64,000 bases of DNA from Nitrosopumilus sp. (lineage in GTDB: Archaea; Thermoproteota; Nitrososphaeria; Nitrososphaerales; Nitrosopumilaceae), in the NCBI GenBank assembly GCA_965206745.1, contig OZ242220.1:1120001-1184000 (forward strand), written 5' to 3'. The notes under the pieces are model-generated. The model was not told the origin of the DNA. It saw only the letters and a list, made by a program, of their open reading frames with translations, and made no database searches. The position numbers and the translations under genes were made by a program. Positions 1-9,568 of this stretch are shown here, one piece after another (the stretch's first letter is position 1; the number at the start of each line of letters is the position of its first letter).

Positions 1-900
1 TACAGGCCCCTCACAGAGAGACAGCACAAAACGCCTTTGCTAATTTCATATGCACTAATCAACAGATACCACATTTTGGATATTCAGCCAGAGAAGAGCT
101 GGGTCAGGAATTTGCTTCAGCAAGGATTTGACGTATACATGCTAGATTGGGGAACGCCAACAAGCATGGACAAGTATCTTGACTTTGATGATTATGTGAA
201 CGGATATTTGGATTCGGCAGTGGAGCATATCAAAAACGAGTCCTCTAATGAGAGGATCACACTGCAAGGATACTGCACGGGAGGAACAATTGCCACAGCG
301 TATGCTGCTTTGCATCCAGAGAGCGTAAAAAACTACATTGCCACAGCTCCGGTAATTGACGGATGGCGAGATACCACAGTAATCAGCAATCTTGCAAAGC
401 ACATGGACGTGGAGAAGATGGTCGACATCATAGGCAACATGCCACCAGAATTCATGTACTATTGCTTTTCGGTTCTCAAGCCATTTGAGCAGGGAATTGA
501 AAAATATGTAAAGTTTTTCAAAAATATAGACAATAAGAAATTTGTTGATAATTTCCTCAGAGTTGAAAAATGGTTAGGAGACACACCGCCCATCCCAGGG
601 GAACTATTCAAACAGTGGATTAAAGACATCTATCAAGACAACCTGTTAATTCAGAACAAAATGTATGTGGGTGGAGAACACATAGATTTGAAAAAGATAG
701 ACATGCCAACATTTACCCAGATAGCTGTAGGAGATCATCTGGTTTCACCAGAGTGCAGCATGCCACTGCATTACGCAATAGGTAGTGAGGATAAAACATT
801 GAGAATGTATCCGACAGGGCACGTGGGCATGATAGCTAGTTCGCTCTCACAGAAGAAGGTATTGCCTGAGCTAGGAAAATGGCTTGCTCAAAGATCATAA
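1..900 (+). CDS. phaC: Class III poly(3-hydroxyalkanoate) synthase subunit PhaC, 5'-truncated by the window edge
   Basis: Frame is open from base 1 (YRPLTERQHKTPLLISYALINR); lipase box GYCTGG, catalytic Asp (GDHLV) and His (TGHVG), LDWG motif. Confidence 0.92.
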   Translation, partial: YRPLTERQHKTPLLISYALINRYHILDIQPEKSWVRNLLQQGFDVYMLDWGTPTSMDKYLDFDDYVNGYLDSAVEHIKNESSNERITLQGYCTGGTIATAYAALHPESVKNYIATAPVIDGWRDTTVISNLAKHMDVEKMVDIIGNMPPEFMYYCFSVLKPFEQGIEKYVKFFKNIDNKKFVDNFLRVEKWLGDTPPIPGELFKQWIKDIYQDNLLIQNKMYVGGEHIDLKKIDMPTFTQIAVGDHLVSPECSMPLHYAIGSEDKTLRMYPTGHVGMIASSLSQKKVLPELGKWLAQRS

Positions 901-927
901 AAAAGGAAAAAATAAAAAAGGTTTCTG

Positions 928-1356
928 CTAGTTTGTTTTGTTGGCAAATGCGGAAATCCAGGATTGTAGAATATTTTTGTTCAGATCTGCAAATGACTTT
1001 GCATTATCGTTGAATGTTTTGATATTCTGTTGTGTTGCATCTATTGTTGCAAGGGTCACCTGATTTTGTATAGAAGTTGCCTTTACAAATTCTTCAGTAG
1101 TATCATTGATCACTTTTAGTGTCGCTTTAGGAACATTTGCTGCAATACCAGATTTGACCACATATTCTTTTTGTAATGTGATAGTTGAATCTACCATGTT
1201 TTCATATGCTTGCAGATATTCTTGTTGTACATTAGTGATTGACTGATGGTACTGCGGTACTGATTGTTTAATACCGTTGAATATTTTGTCGACATTTTCC
1301 TGATATACAGAAAATACGTCTTTAGAATTTGTTTGTGTTGTCTCGTTTTCACTCAT
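928..1356 (-). CDS. Putative phasin-like PHA granule protein (PhaP-like)
   Basis: 142 aa, Gln/Thr/Asn-rich, looks all-helical and amphipathic; converges on phaC and overlaps the upstream AbrB-domain gene by 4 nt. Function inferred from context. Confidence 0.55.
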   Translation of the reverse strand: MSENETTQTNSKDVFSVYQENVDKIFNGIKQSVPQYHQSITNVQQEYLQAYENMVDSTITLQKEYVVKSGIAANVPKATLKVINDTTEEFVKATSIQNQVTLATIDATQQNIKTFNDNAKSFADLNKNILQSWISAFANKTN

Positions 1357-1778
1357 TGTTTCACCTCCTTATTTTTTGATTTTTTTGCTATTGGCAGGAT
1401 AATGACTTGGACTAAATCACCGTCTCCCAAACCAAGTGCATTGCGTTCAGCCTCAGGAATGGATATTCGCCCATTGCTACTAATGGTAGTTTTGTAAGCA
1501 CCCCAATTCATAAATGATGGAAGCATTTGACCGATGCTAAACATAGTATCCATACTTTTGTTTTGTACAGTAGACATGTTATCCATCATGTTTGATTGGG
1601 TTTGTCTGACGCTTTGAGAAACCCCTTTGAGGGTCTCCAAAGGATTGAATGCCTGGCCATGTTGATTTGTCATCAGAGTGCCAAAATTCTTCATAAATTC
1701 TGCCTGAGCACGTCCGCTTTTTTGAATCCAAGATTTGAACATCTCAGAAGGATCATAAGGGTTTTGATTACCACTCAT
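1353..1778 (-). CDS. AbrB/MazE/SpoVT-domain protein (PhaR-like regulator or granule protein)
   Basis: C-terminal AbrB-type motif TTISSNGRISIPEAERNALGLGDGDLVQV; Met/Gln-rich N-terminal helices. Confidence 0.75.
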   Translation of the reverse strand: MSGNQNPYDPSEMFKSWIQKSGRAQAEFMKNFGTLMTNQHGQAFNPLETLKGVSQSVRQTQSNMMDNMSTVQNKSMDTMFSIGQMLPSFMNWGAYKTTISSNGRISIPEAERNALGLGDGDLVQVIILPIAKKSKNKEVKQ

Positions 1779-1800
1779 AGGTAATGGTTGGAATATGAGA

Positions 1801-1808
1801 TATATAAA
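1801..1808 (-). promoter_or_regulatory. TATA box (TTTATATA) for the AbrB-phasin transcript
   Basis: Ends 23 nt upstream of the ATG at 1778, typical spacing for a leaderless archaeal mRNA. Confidence 0.6.
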
Positions 1809-1813
1809 TAGAT

Positions 1814-2629
1814 CTAAGCATGATTTAGGAATTCGAGCACTTTGGAAGCAAAGGTGTGAGGATCTTCAACGTACGGAGTGTGACCGCATCCATCCATTCT
1901 AAAGAACCTGCAGTCTTGAATGCCTGAGACAAAGTCATCTGCATAATGAATTGGGATTACAGGATCATTTGCACCCCATACAATCAAAGTAGGTGCAGAT
2001 ATTGACTGAAGTTGAGATAAAATGGATTTAGAATTTTTTAGTCCCAAAATAGTAGACATGAAGGCAAGTTTTGCATTTGGCAATCGCATACGCTCTACAA
2101 ATCCGGTAATAATTTTGTCTTCAACGTTTCTGGGTGAACCTCCCATCATTTCAAATGCATTTTTTGCAATTGTATAATTTGGATATAATGCCGCCATAAT
2201 ATATGCATCAAGTGCGGGAGTAGATTTTTTCATCAGCCCAGAAGGAGATATCAAAATCAGTTTCTCAACATCCTTAGAGTGGGATGAGGCGTATTCTAAA
2301 GAGATCTGTCCGCCCAAGGAAGAACCAATGATGCTAGGTCGGATAATTTTAGATTCAGAAAAGAATTTTTCAAGAAAATCTGAAAAGAAATCAAGAGTGT
2401 AATCTGCAGTAGGCTTGTCACTGTATCCGAATCCGATCAGATCTGGAACAACTACACGAAAGTTATCAGTAAACAAAGGAATTACATGGGACCATCTTTC
2501 AGCAGATGCCCCTAGTCCATGGACTAGTACAAGAGTATTTTCAGAGTTACCAGATTCCAGATATCGGATTTTGTTTCCATCAATTTGGAGGAATTTTTCT
2601 TCCACTATTTTAGCAACAATTATCATCAC
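1814..2629 (-). CDS. Alpha/beta fold hydrolase
   Basis: HGLG oxyanion motif, PDLIGFGYSD, GSSLGG nucleophile elbow, WGANDPV Asp, CGHTP His. Confidence 0.9.
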   Translation of the reverse strand: MMIIVAKIVEEKFLQIDGNKIRYLESGNSENTLVLVHGLGASAERWSHVIPLFTDNFRVVVPDLIGFGYSDKPTADYTLDFFSDFLEKFFSESKIIRPSIIGSSLGGQISLEYASSHSKDVEKLILISPSGLMKKSTPALDAYIMAALYPNYTIAKNAFEMMGGSPRNVEDKIITGFVERMRLPNAKLAFMSTILGLKNSKSILSQLQSISAPTLIVWGANDPVIPIHYADDFVSGIQDCRFFRMDGCGHTPYVEDPHTFASKVLEFLNHA

Positions 2630-2825
2630 TAGATAAATTTAATGGATAAGGCGATCAAGTGGCCATGGAATTAATTTTGATTTTTTAATAGATGAAAATA
2701 AAAAATACATGCATATTTTCAGTTGATAGCGATCTATGAATTAATAAAATAAAACGTGGAATAGTATCAAATGGATTGTGAATTTTTGAAAATAATTTCT
2801 CATGAGTGTCAGTATCGATTTAGGA

Positions 2826-3023
2826 TTAGGCAGGATTAGAGATTCGTCCCATGGATAGAATCATGCCGCTTTCATCATCGGAGATGACAAACAAGAATGG
2901 GTGATCGGCGATAAACATAGGTCGAGGAAATACAGGGGAACTTGGTGAAGATACAGAAATAGTGGTAGTAGTGGCCGCCGCCTCTGTTTCCCCTTCGTTT
3001 ACCTTGATTTCAGTTCTGTACAA
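2826..3023 (-). pseudogene. Serpin C-terminal fragment (reactive-centre loop and terminal strands only)
   Basis: VNEGETEAAAT hinge-like motif followed by FIADHPFLFVISDDESGMILSMGRISNP, the serpin signature; the roughly 300 N-terminal residues are missing. Confidence 0.8.
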
Positions 3024-3421
3024 CGATCCAATCTGATATCAGGTGAAGTAAAACAGACAAATGGCATTACACCTAGTGTATATGAAAAATTAGATTTTTA
3101 CAGTCATTTTTGCAAGGCCGTCGAAACTTTTGTGACTACAATCAGATTTAATAGCAATTTACAATGATATCGATAAAGAAGACAAGCACCAAATGCTTTT
3201 TTATTTTTTGTGCCATATTGAGTTATTTTGTAGGGGATTATCTGTCTCTGATTGCCTGCGTTTTTGCACGATGGTAATCTTGAAGAGCCATGTGTTTGGC
3301 CATCAAATTGTATTTATTTTGAGCAAAAAAGTCTCAAGGGGCTAGAATGTAGTGTGCTGTTACAATGTTATCTAAAACCTTAACCTACAATGTTTTTTAG
3401 TATCAAAAATAACTCATTTAT

Positions 3422-3853
3422 GTGATAAAGAGAAAAATTTCAAAGATACTGGTCCCACTGGACGGATCTAAAAACTCTGTCAGGGGATTAGAGACGGCAA
3501 TCACCTTAGCTAGAGGCTGCGGGGCAACAATCACAGGAATTTACTCCATTTACGCACCGCCACACTCAGAATTTAGAGGAGTAGGCTCTGTCGAAAAAGC
3601 CCTAAACAAACAAGTGAAAAAATTCATGGAGGAGGCAAAGGTTTTGGCAGCCAAAAACGGCATCGTGTTTAAGGAAAAAATCGCAAGGGGGGAAATAGGA
3701 TACAACATCGTCAAACTTGCTCATGAAAAGGGCAAGTTCGATATAATCGTGATGGGATCAAGAGGCAGAAGCTCTACCAAAGAGATGTTTTTTGGAAGTG
3801 TCTCAAACTATGTCATTCACACATCAAAAATACCAGTCGTGATTGTAAAGTAA
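3422..3853 (+). CDS. Universal stress protein (UspA family)
   Basis: ILVPLDGS, DIIVMGSRG, FGSVSNYV, IPVVIVK motifs. Confidence 0.92.
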   Translation: MIKRKISKILVPLDGSKNSVRGLETAITLARGCGATITGIYSIYAPPHSEFRGVGSVEKALNKQVKKFMEEAKVLAAKNGIVFKEKIARGEIGYNIVKLAHEKGKFDIIVMGSRGRSSTKEMFFGSVSNYVIHTSKIPVVIVK

Positions 3854-3854
3854 C

Positions 3855-4310
3855 CTAAGAAAATCCGTGCTTTTTGAAATATTTTTGGTGGTACTCTTCT
3901 GCCTTGTAAAACGTTGAAGCAGGAACAATTTCAGTAACGACGGGACCGTCATATTTTCCTGATTCTTCTAATACTTGTTTTGATCTCTCTGCAATCTCTT
4001 TTTGCTGTTGATCATGGTAAAAGATCGCCGAACGGTATTGGATTCCAACATCAGGACCTTGGCGATTCAGGGTTGTAGGGTTGTGGTTTGCCCAAAACAC
4101 ATCAAGCAATTCTTCAAAAGAAATTTCGTCAGGATCATATTCTACTTCCACAGATTCTGCATGACCGGTTTTATCAGTGCAGACTTGTTCATATGTAGGA
4201 TTTGGGAGTTGGCCACCAATGTATCCCACAGCAGTGGATTTTACGCCTTTTGTTTTATTTAGTAAATCCTCAACGTGCCAAAAACATCCTGCACCAAACG
4301 TAGCTTTCAA
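3855..4310 (-). CDS. msrA: Peptide-methionine (S)-S-oxide reductase
   Basis: [28 protein letters not shown] motifs. Confidence 0.96.
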   Translation of the reverse strand: MKATFGAGCFWHVEDLLNKTKGVKSTAVGYIGGQLPNPTYEQVCTDKTGHAESVEVEYDPDEISFEELLDVFWANHNPTTLNRQGPDVGIQYRSAIFYHDQQQKEIAERSKQVLEESGKYDGPVVTEIVPASTFYKAEEYHQKYFKKHGFS

Positions 4311-4362
4311 TATGACTTTTGGTTATCAGTGCCAAATTAAAACCATTTGCCAAAATTAAAAA

Positions 4363-5442
4363 TTAGCCAACTACTACAATGCCTTTCTGGATCAGATATT
4401 TCAAAGAATCAACAAATTCATCTTGGGAGATTAAATCTTGAGACCACCAATGAGCACTGTTACGAACCCAGTCAGGAATATCTTCATCAGAGACACTCTC
4501 AGGCAAGGGTGTCGAGATCACAATTATGTTATTTTTCAACATAAACTCAATGTCAGAAATAAATTTGGAATTTGGTATTTTTCCTGTTGCCCAAAGTTCA
4601 GCATTATTACGAATTGAATCAGGTATGGGGATTGGATCTGCATAGCCTAAAACATTGTAAATAGAAGAGTTTGGGAATTCAGAGTCAAACCAGGACTTGT
4701 AATTTGGTTCAGTGTCATATCTGTCAATATAGTACTGTGGAGGTTTATCAAAAGCAGGAAAGTTATCAATATGGGTTGATTTGTAACCGACAACATCATC
4801 AATGGAGTAATTGGGAAATTGTGAGTCAAACCAGGACTTGTAATTTGGTTCAGTGTCATATCTGTCAATATAGTACTGTGGAGGTTTATCAAAAGCAGGG
4901 AAATTTGGAATTTCTAATTTCAGAGTTGCAAAGCTTGCAATGGGCTCTGGCTCAGGTCGAGGGGTTGGTTGTGGGGAAGATGGTGGTGGGGATTTCGGTA
5001 TTGGTTGTGGGGAAGATGGCGGGATAGATTTGGGGGTTGGTTGCGGTGATTTCGGTGTTGGTTGTGGGGAAGACGGAATTGTTGAAGATTCGACGTATTC
5101 AATCGTCGTTTCTCTGGTAGTGCTTTCAGAGGTAACTTTGACAGGATAGAATCCATAAGAAGCCCAATAAGGACCGCCTGTACGAATTGTAACTGAAAAA
5201 CTGCCATCAGAATTTGAGATAGTCGGAGCAGCGGTAACAAGGCTACTGCGATCAGGAGTAATAACAGTCACAGTGACAGGAACAGAAGACGATTCTGAAG
5301 AGATAGTTCCAGAAACACGTATCGTGTCGCCATCATAATAGACAGATTTGTCAGTCTTGACGCTATCTACAGTTCCAAAGGCATATGAAAAACTCAGTGA
5401 GACAAATAAGAGCATAAAGATGGTCGCTAATCTGAGAGTCAT
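4363..5442 (-). CDS. Secreted or surface protein with Ig-like N-domain, Pro-rich linker, internal duplication and thaumarchaeal IPDWVRN-type C-terminal modules
   Basis: N-terminal hydrophobic signal; SPQPTPK-type repeats; duplicated NFPAFDKPPQYYIDRYDTEPNYKSWFDS; C-terminal IPDWVRNSAHWWSQDLISQDEFVDSLKYLIQKGII. Confidence 0.8.
   Translation of the reverse strand: MTLRLATIFMLLFVSLSFSYAFGTVDSVKTDKSVYYDGDTIRVSGTISSESSSVPVTVTVITPDRSSLVTAAPTISNSDGSFSVTIRTGGPYWASYGFYPVKVTSESTTRETTIEYVESSTIPSSPQPTPKSPQPTPKSIPPSSPQPIPKSPPPSSPQPTPRPEPEPIASFATLKLEIPNFPAFDKPPQYYIDRYDTEPNYKSWFDSQFPNYSIDDVVGYKSTHIDNFPAFDKPPQYYIDRYDTEPNYKSWFDSEFPNSSIYNVLGYADPIPIPDSIRNNAELWATGKIPNSKFISDIEFMLKNNIIVISTPLPESVSDEDIPDWVRNSAHWWSQDLISQDEFVDSLKYLIQKGIVVVG
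4682..4899. repeat. Exact 77-bp direct repeat (4682-4758 = 4823-4899) inside the surface-protein gene
   Basis: Direct comparison of the two stretches; offset 141 bp (47 codons). Confidence 0.9.
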
Positions 5443-5760
5443 TTACAAAAAATAATTTATAGTGTTAATTAAAGAATTCGCTGAATTACTCAGTAAGCCT
5501 AGAAATCATTCAAGATTACACGCATCAGTAGAGCACATTAGACCTTCCAGATCAACAAATGGTCTGTAATTGGGCCATTTGACAAACAAAAAATACAGAT
5601 GCATGATTTGCCATCCATTCTAAAGAGAATAAACACATTGTCTTGACATCTAGAATCAAAGTAGGGAATTATCGTATTGTGTGCCTGCTTGCAACTGCAG
5701 AATGTATTTGATCTCTTTGGTTTTACCGATGGCTTTCAGGGAGTCATTGTTTAATCGAGT

Positions 5761-6141
5761 TTAATTAACATCAGTGAAGATCTCTACAACTTTTTTTGCC
5801 AAGTTCTCAATGTTGGCAGAAGGCTCTGCAGAGATCAACAGTAGGATCTGGGTAATCGGGAATGGAAAACTCACTAAAACCGCCTTGTCTCGCCTAGCAG
5901 CAAGATAGTTTATCGGTCCCAAGCTTTCATCATACTCTTTTCGAATGGATGCTTTTGAAACAAATTCCAAAAATGCCTGCAACCGGGTCTCATCGCCCTC
6001 ATGCGGAGCAAGGCCATCCTTGAATCCACCTGCAATCAACTTGCCGTCTTTATCCACAATACCGGCAAAACGAATTTCAGACTCTTCCAATAATTGAGTG
6101 CATTTTTGAGCATGTAGGTTTGAATCAAAATCAGGCATCAT
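5761..6141 (-). CDS. Thaumarchaeal roadblock/longin-like protein (DUF6659-like)
   Basis: IRFAGIVDKDGKLIAGG, RKEYDESLGPINY, LLLISAE pattern typical of this expanded Nitrosopumilaceae family. Confidence 0.7.
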   Translation of the reverse strand: MMPDFDSNLHAQKCTQLLEESEIRFAGIVDKDGKLIAGGFKDGLAPHEGDETRLQAFLEFVSKASIRKEYDESLGPINYLAARRDKAVLVSFPFPITQILLLISAEPSANIENLAKKVVEIFTDVN

Positions 6142-6196
6142 TTCTTGAATAGGATATCAAAAATAAAAACCTAGCCTAGAATTTTACAATATTTGG

Positions 6197-7042
6197 CTAC
6201 AAATGGCATTTTAGCAACACATAATCAATTATGTTATCTTGTGATGCTTTTTTCATTCTTTGAATAGATCTAAATAAGATTTTTTCAACATATGGAGAAT
6301 ATTGTTTCAGGATTGATTTTTTCAGTTCTTCCCTGTTTTCAAGATAATAATCGGCAAGAGGATCATACACAGAAGAGCCGATTAGTTTTTCTTCAGAAAT
6401 TCTAAAGCCTCCAGAAACAACTGCCTGTTTTATTTGGTTCAAGCTATAATGCTCAGAGGCCCAGGTGAATTTTAAAATACCCAGTTTTAAAATGGATGAA
6501 GAGGTGGTGGTGACAGGAACTGCCAGAACCAATAACCCAGAATCAGACAAGATTCTTTTTGATTCGGATATAAAATTAGAGAAAGGCTTGAAATGCTGGG
6601 AAGACTCTAATGCCAAAACACGATCCACAGACTGATTGGCAAAAGGCAACTTTGTAGATGAGGAATTAAAAAAATCTATTTTTTGCTGAGAGCCAGAGTA
6701 AAGGAGCTGGTTGTAATTGATATTGATGCAGAATATGGATAAATTTTCGAAATTCTTTCTCCAAAATAACGCAGGAGCAGACAGCCCACTGCCCACATCC
6801 ACTACGGTTTTACATGAATTCAGTTCGGCCATTTGCGCAAAGGCAGAGCAAAGGTTCTCTTGAGCAGATATGGGATTTTTGTGTTGGGCATCCCAATATC
6901 CAAAGTTCAACATGCTGCCACCAGTTGCAAGTTGCATTACTGGCGATAAAGCATTATAGAGATTCACGACGTCTCGCTCATTTCTTCGAAGTGTCCACAA
7001 TAAGAGATCAAGGGGGTTAATAGAGATCAAAAAGATTTTCAA
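6197..7042 (-). CDS. Class I SAM-dependent methyltransferase
   Basis: LNFGYW, VVDVGSGLS motif I, LPFANQSVDRVLALESSQHF. The exact start is uncertain. Confidence 0.85.
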   Translation of the reverse strand: MKIFLISINPLDLLLWTLRRNERDVVNLYNALSPVMQLATGGSMLNFGYWDAQHKNPISAQENLCSAFAQMAELNSCKTVVDVGSGLSAPALFWRKNFENLSIFCININYNQLLYSGSQQKIDFFNSSSTKLPFANQSVDRVLALESSQHFKPFSNFISESKRILSDSGLLVLAVPVTTTSSSILKLGILKFTWASEHYSLNQIKQAVVSGGFRISEEKLIGSSVYDPLADYYLENREELKKSILKQYSPYVEKILFRSIQRMKKASQDNIIDYVLLKCHL

Positions 7043-7071
7043 TTTTATTGCCGATTAAAGGCTATTAATTC

Positions 7072-7203
7072 CTAAGGTAATCCTTCAGAATCTTCAGCAA
7101 TGCTTGTGCACCAATTGCTCAATCCCAGTTCCTTGAGATTTACTTGCCTGGCTGGATTTTGTCCCCCACAAGATGAACACGAGGCAGCAAATTTTGCTTT
7201 CAT
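7072..7203 (-). pseudogene. Degraded small Zn-binding protein gene (MKAKFAASCSSCG...AEDSEGLP)
   Basis: CxxC at the start; GDKIQPGK and VHKHC lie in shifted frames with internal stops, while the start and end share one open frame of 43 codons. Confidence 0.5.
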
Positions 7204-7262
7204 GCATGTGGATTATCACGTAGGAATAAATCATCTAGCATGTGTCAAGGGTTAACCAATAA

Positions 7263-7487
7263 TCAAGGTGGGTATCATCTAGAAATGCATCACGACAAAT
7301 CAAGGAAACACATAATGTATACGTGTCAAATGTGACCATTGCCACAAGGATACGAAAATACACAAAGGAGATCAAGGAATACACCTACACTCGGATTCCC
7401 GAACTATCAGACACATGGTCCATAGATGAGAGGGTACTAAACGTAAAGGATGCCGAAAAGATGACAAATGGATTTCACGGCATGTGA
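7263..7487 (+). mobile_element. IS6-family-like DDE transposase remnant
   Basis: Translates to VSSRNASRQIKETHNVYVSNVTIATRIRKYTKEIKEY...PELSDTWSIDERVLNVK: an HTH followed by the W-x-x-D-E first catalytic motif; no start codon, truncated, no terminal repeats seen. Confidence 0.65.
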
Positions 7488-7569
7488 TTGATGACATTCT
7501 AAGGAGGCATGTATTCTCATCAGTGTCAATAATCAATACTTTTTAATAATTTAAAGCGATTAGAATGGT

Positions 7570-8049
7570 ATGTCAGAATCAAGCGTCAACGGATCATCAG
7601 AGATAGTACTTGCCAGATGGACGGACAGATTTGTGGCATGGTTGATAGATTTTATCATAATTTCATCCATCTTAACAGTAATTATTTTTGGGTCAACTGG
7701 AGCAATGTATTATGAATTGGAGGGTGAAGAGTTCTGGTCAGAGAGTCTGCAGTACATTCCTACAAGCATCACTTTCTTTGCGTATTGGATCATTTTAGAA
7801 TACAAAACAGGTCAAACAATTGGGAAAAAAATTCTCAATCTAAGAGTCGTCAACACAAATGGGAGCAAAGTGAGTTTGAAGGGAGTCCTAGTCAGCAGTT
7901 TTGGAAAATCATTCTTACTTCCCATAGACATCGTGCTAGGATGGATTTTGACAAATGCAAAACGCCAAAGAGTGTTCAGCAAGGTGGGGGACACGATAGT
8001 TATCAAAATTAAAGAACCCCAAGCAGATATTGACTATGTGAAAGACTAG
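7570..8049 (+). CDS. RDD family membrane protein
   Basis: RFVAWLID, GQTIGKKILNLRVV, RQRVFSKVGDTIV. Confidence 0.88.
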   Translation: MSESSVNGSSEIVLARWTDRFVAWLIDFIIISSILTVIIFGSTGAMYYELEGEEFWSESLQYIPTSITFFAYWIILEYKTGQTIGKKILNLRVVNTNGSKVSLKGVLVSSFGKSFLLPIDIVLGWILTNAKRQRVFSKVGDTIVIKIKEPQADIDYVKD

Positions 8050-8767
8050 ATTTTTGTCATATTTTGTTAAACAGTTACGGTTAAAATTTCACCAACAGAT
8101 CTATTAGCCAGATCAGAGCCTTGGAAGACACATGTCAGAGGATAACAAACAATGGTGGGTTGGATTGCCTGATGAGCTTCAAAAAGACATAGAATTGGAA
8201 ATATCATAAAAAAGGATTACAGGTCATTTCAAACCCTTACGTAACACATCGTTAATGACACTAGAAAAGCTAGTCGAAACTTGAAGTGTGGATATTATTT
8301 TTGCTTGACGTAATCTGATTTTCTTATCCAATTCATCATCAAGCATGATGGTGACTCGTCTTGCCATTGCTATTATAATATTACTGTATTATTTAACCAT
8401 TTTTGATCTTGATGCTATAATGCCACAGGTTGGAAGAAAATATTCAAAATGCAGACGAGACAGAATCTGTTTGCGATTCATGATCGGCAATAACTTTGAT
8501 CGCCTAAAACAAGTACTGTTTGATCCAGTCAAGCCAATCAGATGTAAAAAAGGTTAGAGATTCCAAATTTTGCACAAGTGTCATCTAGAGGCATCTTTGA
8601 GCTCTGCATATAGATCCAAATCTGCCATGTGAAAATTTACCCGTTTCAGTCGGTAATCAAGGACCATTTACCGCATGAGAAGGTTAGCAAGATATAAGAA
8701 AAAAAGCTTTATTGTACATTTTATTAAATCTAATTTTTTTAATCAGTACGCACAATACCCTAATCTA

Positions 8768-9568
8768 GTGGCAAAGAAATTCAAACCGAAAATATCATAC
8801 ACCATGCGAGAGATACCAATTAAATATATCAAAGTCTGGGCCCAAGCTCAAGCTAGAAAACTTGATCGTGACAAAATAGCAGAACTGGCAAAATCAATCA
8901 GGCATGACGGATTGCTAAACCCACCCATGGTTCAAAAGAGTGGCAAAAACCAGTATCTGCTAATGTCTGGCCAGCGCAGGCTTGCAGCCATGAAAAGACT
9001 GCGTGCAAAAACCATTCTTGTGCATGTGATAATGAAAAAATCAGAACTGTCACTAGAGGAGGCAAAGGCCTCATCAGTTGTCGAGAATATTCACCGCAAT
9101 GACATGACACAAAAAGACATAGTCGCCGCAGCAACCCTGTTGGCTGAAAAGATGGGAAAACAAGCAGCTGCCAGATATTTGGGCATTACAATTGCAACAC
9201 TATACAGATATTTGGGATTTGCAGCAGTGCCAGATGTTCTAAAGGAACTAGTTCCAAAGACAATCTCAAGGGATGACATTACAAAACTATATCTTGCAAT
9301 AAACAATACAAAGCGTGCCGGAAACATTGCAGTAAAGATACAAAAGTTAGATCCGCAATTGAAAAAACACTACATCTCCATGCTATCTAGAAATCCCAAA
9401 ATGTCACACTTGAAGCTGTTGCGCCTTGCAAGGTCTTCATTGATTCGACAAAACATATCAATGAAACTGGCAAAGACCACTGCCAGAAAATTAAAGGTAA
9501 AGGCAGATAAAAACAACTTGTCTCCAAATGACATGGCAAAGAAGATCCTAGAAAGATACATCAAATAG
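8768..9568 (+). CDS. ParB/RepB/Spo0J-family protein (ParB-N, HTH, C-terminal RHH-like tail)
   Basis: ELAKSIRHDGLLNPPMV...SGQRRLAA, VVENIHRNDM, HTH KQAAARYLGITIATLYRYL. Start set at GTG 8768 instead of the ORF-track 8675. Confidence 0.85.
   Translation: MAKKFKPKISYTMREIPIKYIKVWAQAQARKLDRDKIAELAKSIRHDGLLNPPMVQKSGKNQYLLMSGQRRLAAMKRLRAKTILVHVIMKKSELSLEEAKASSVVENIHRNDMTQKDIVAAATLLAEKMGKQAAARYLGITIATLYRYLGFAAVPDVLKELVPKTISRDDITKLYLAINNTKRAGNIAVKIQKLDPQLKKHYISMLSRNPKMSHLKLLRLARSSLIRQNISMKLAKTTARKLKVKADKNNLSPNDMAKKILERYIK

Noticed and set aside
8050-8760. ORF 8345-8557 and possible gene fragments
   Set aside because: No recognisable motif in the frames I read; probably decayed DNA.
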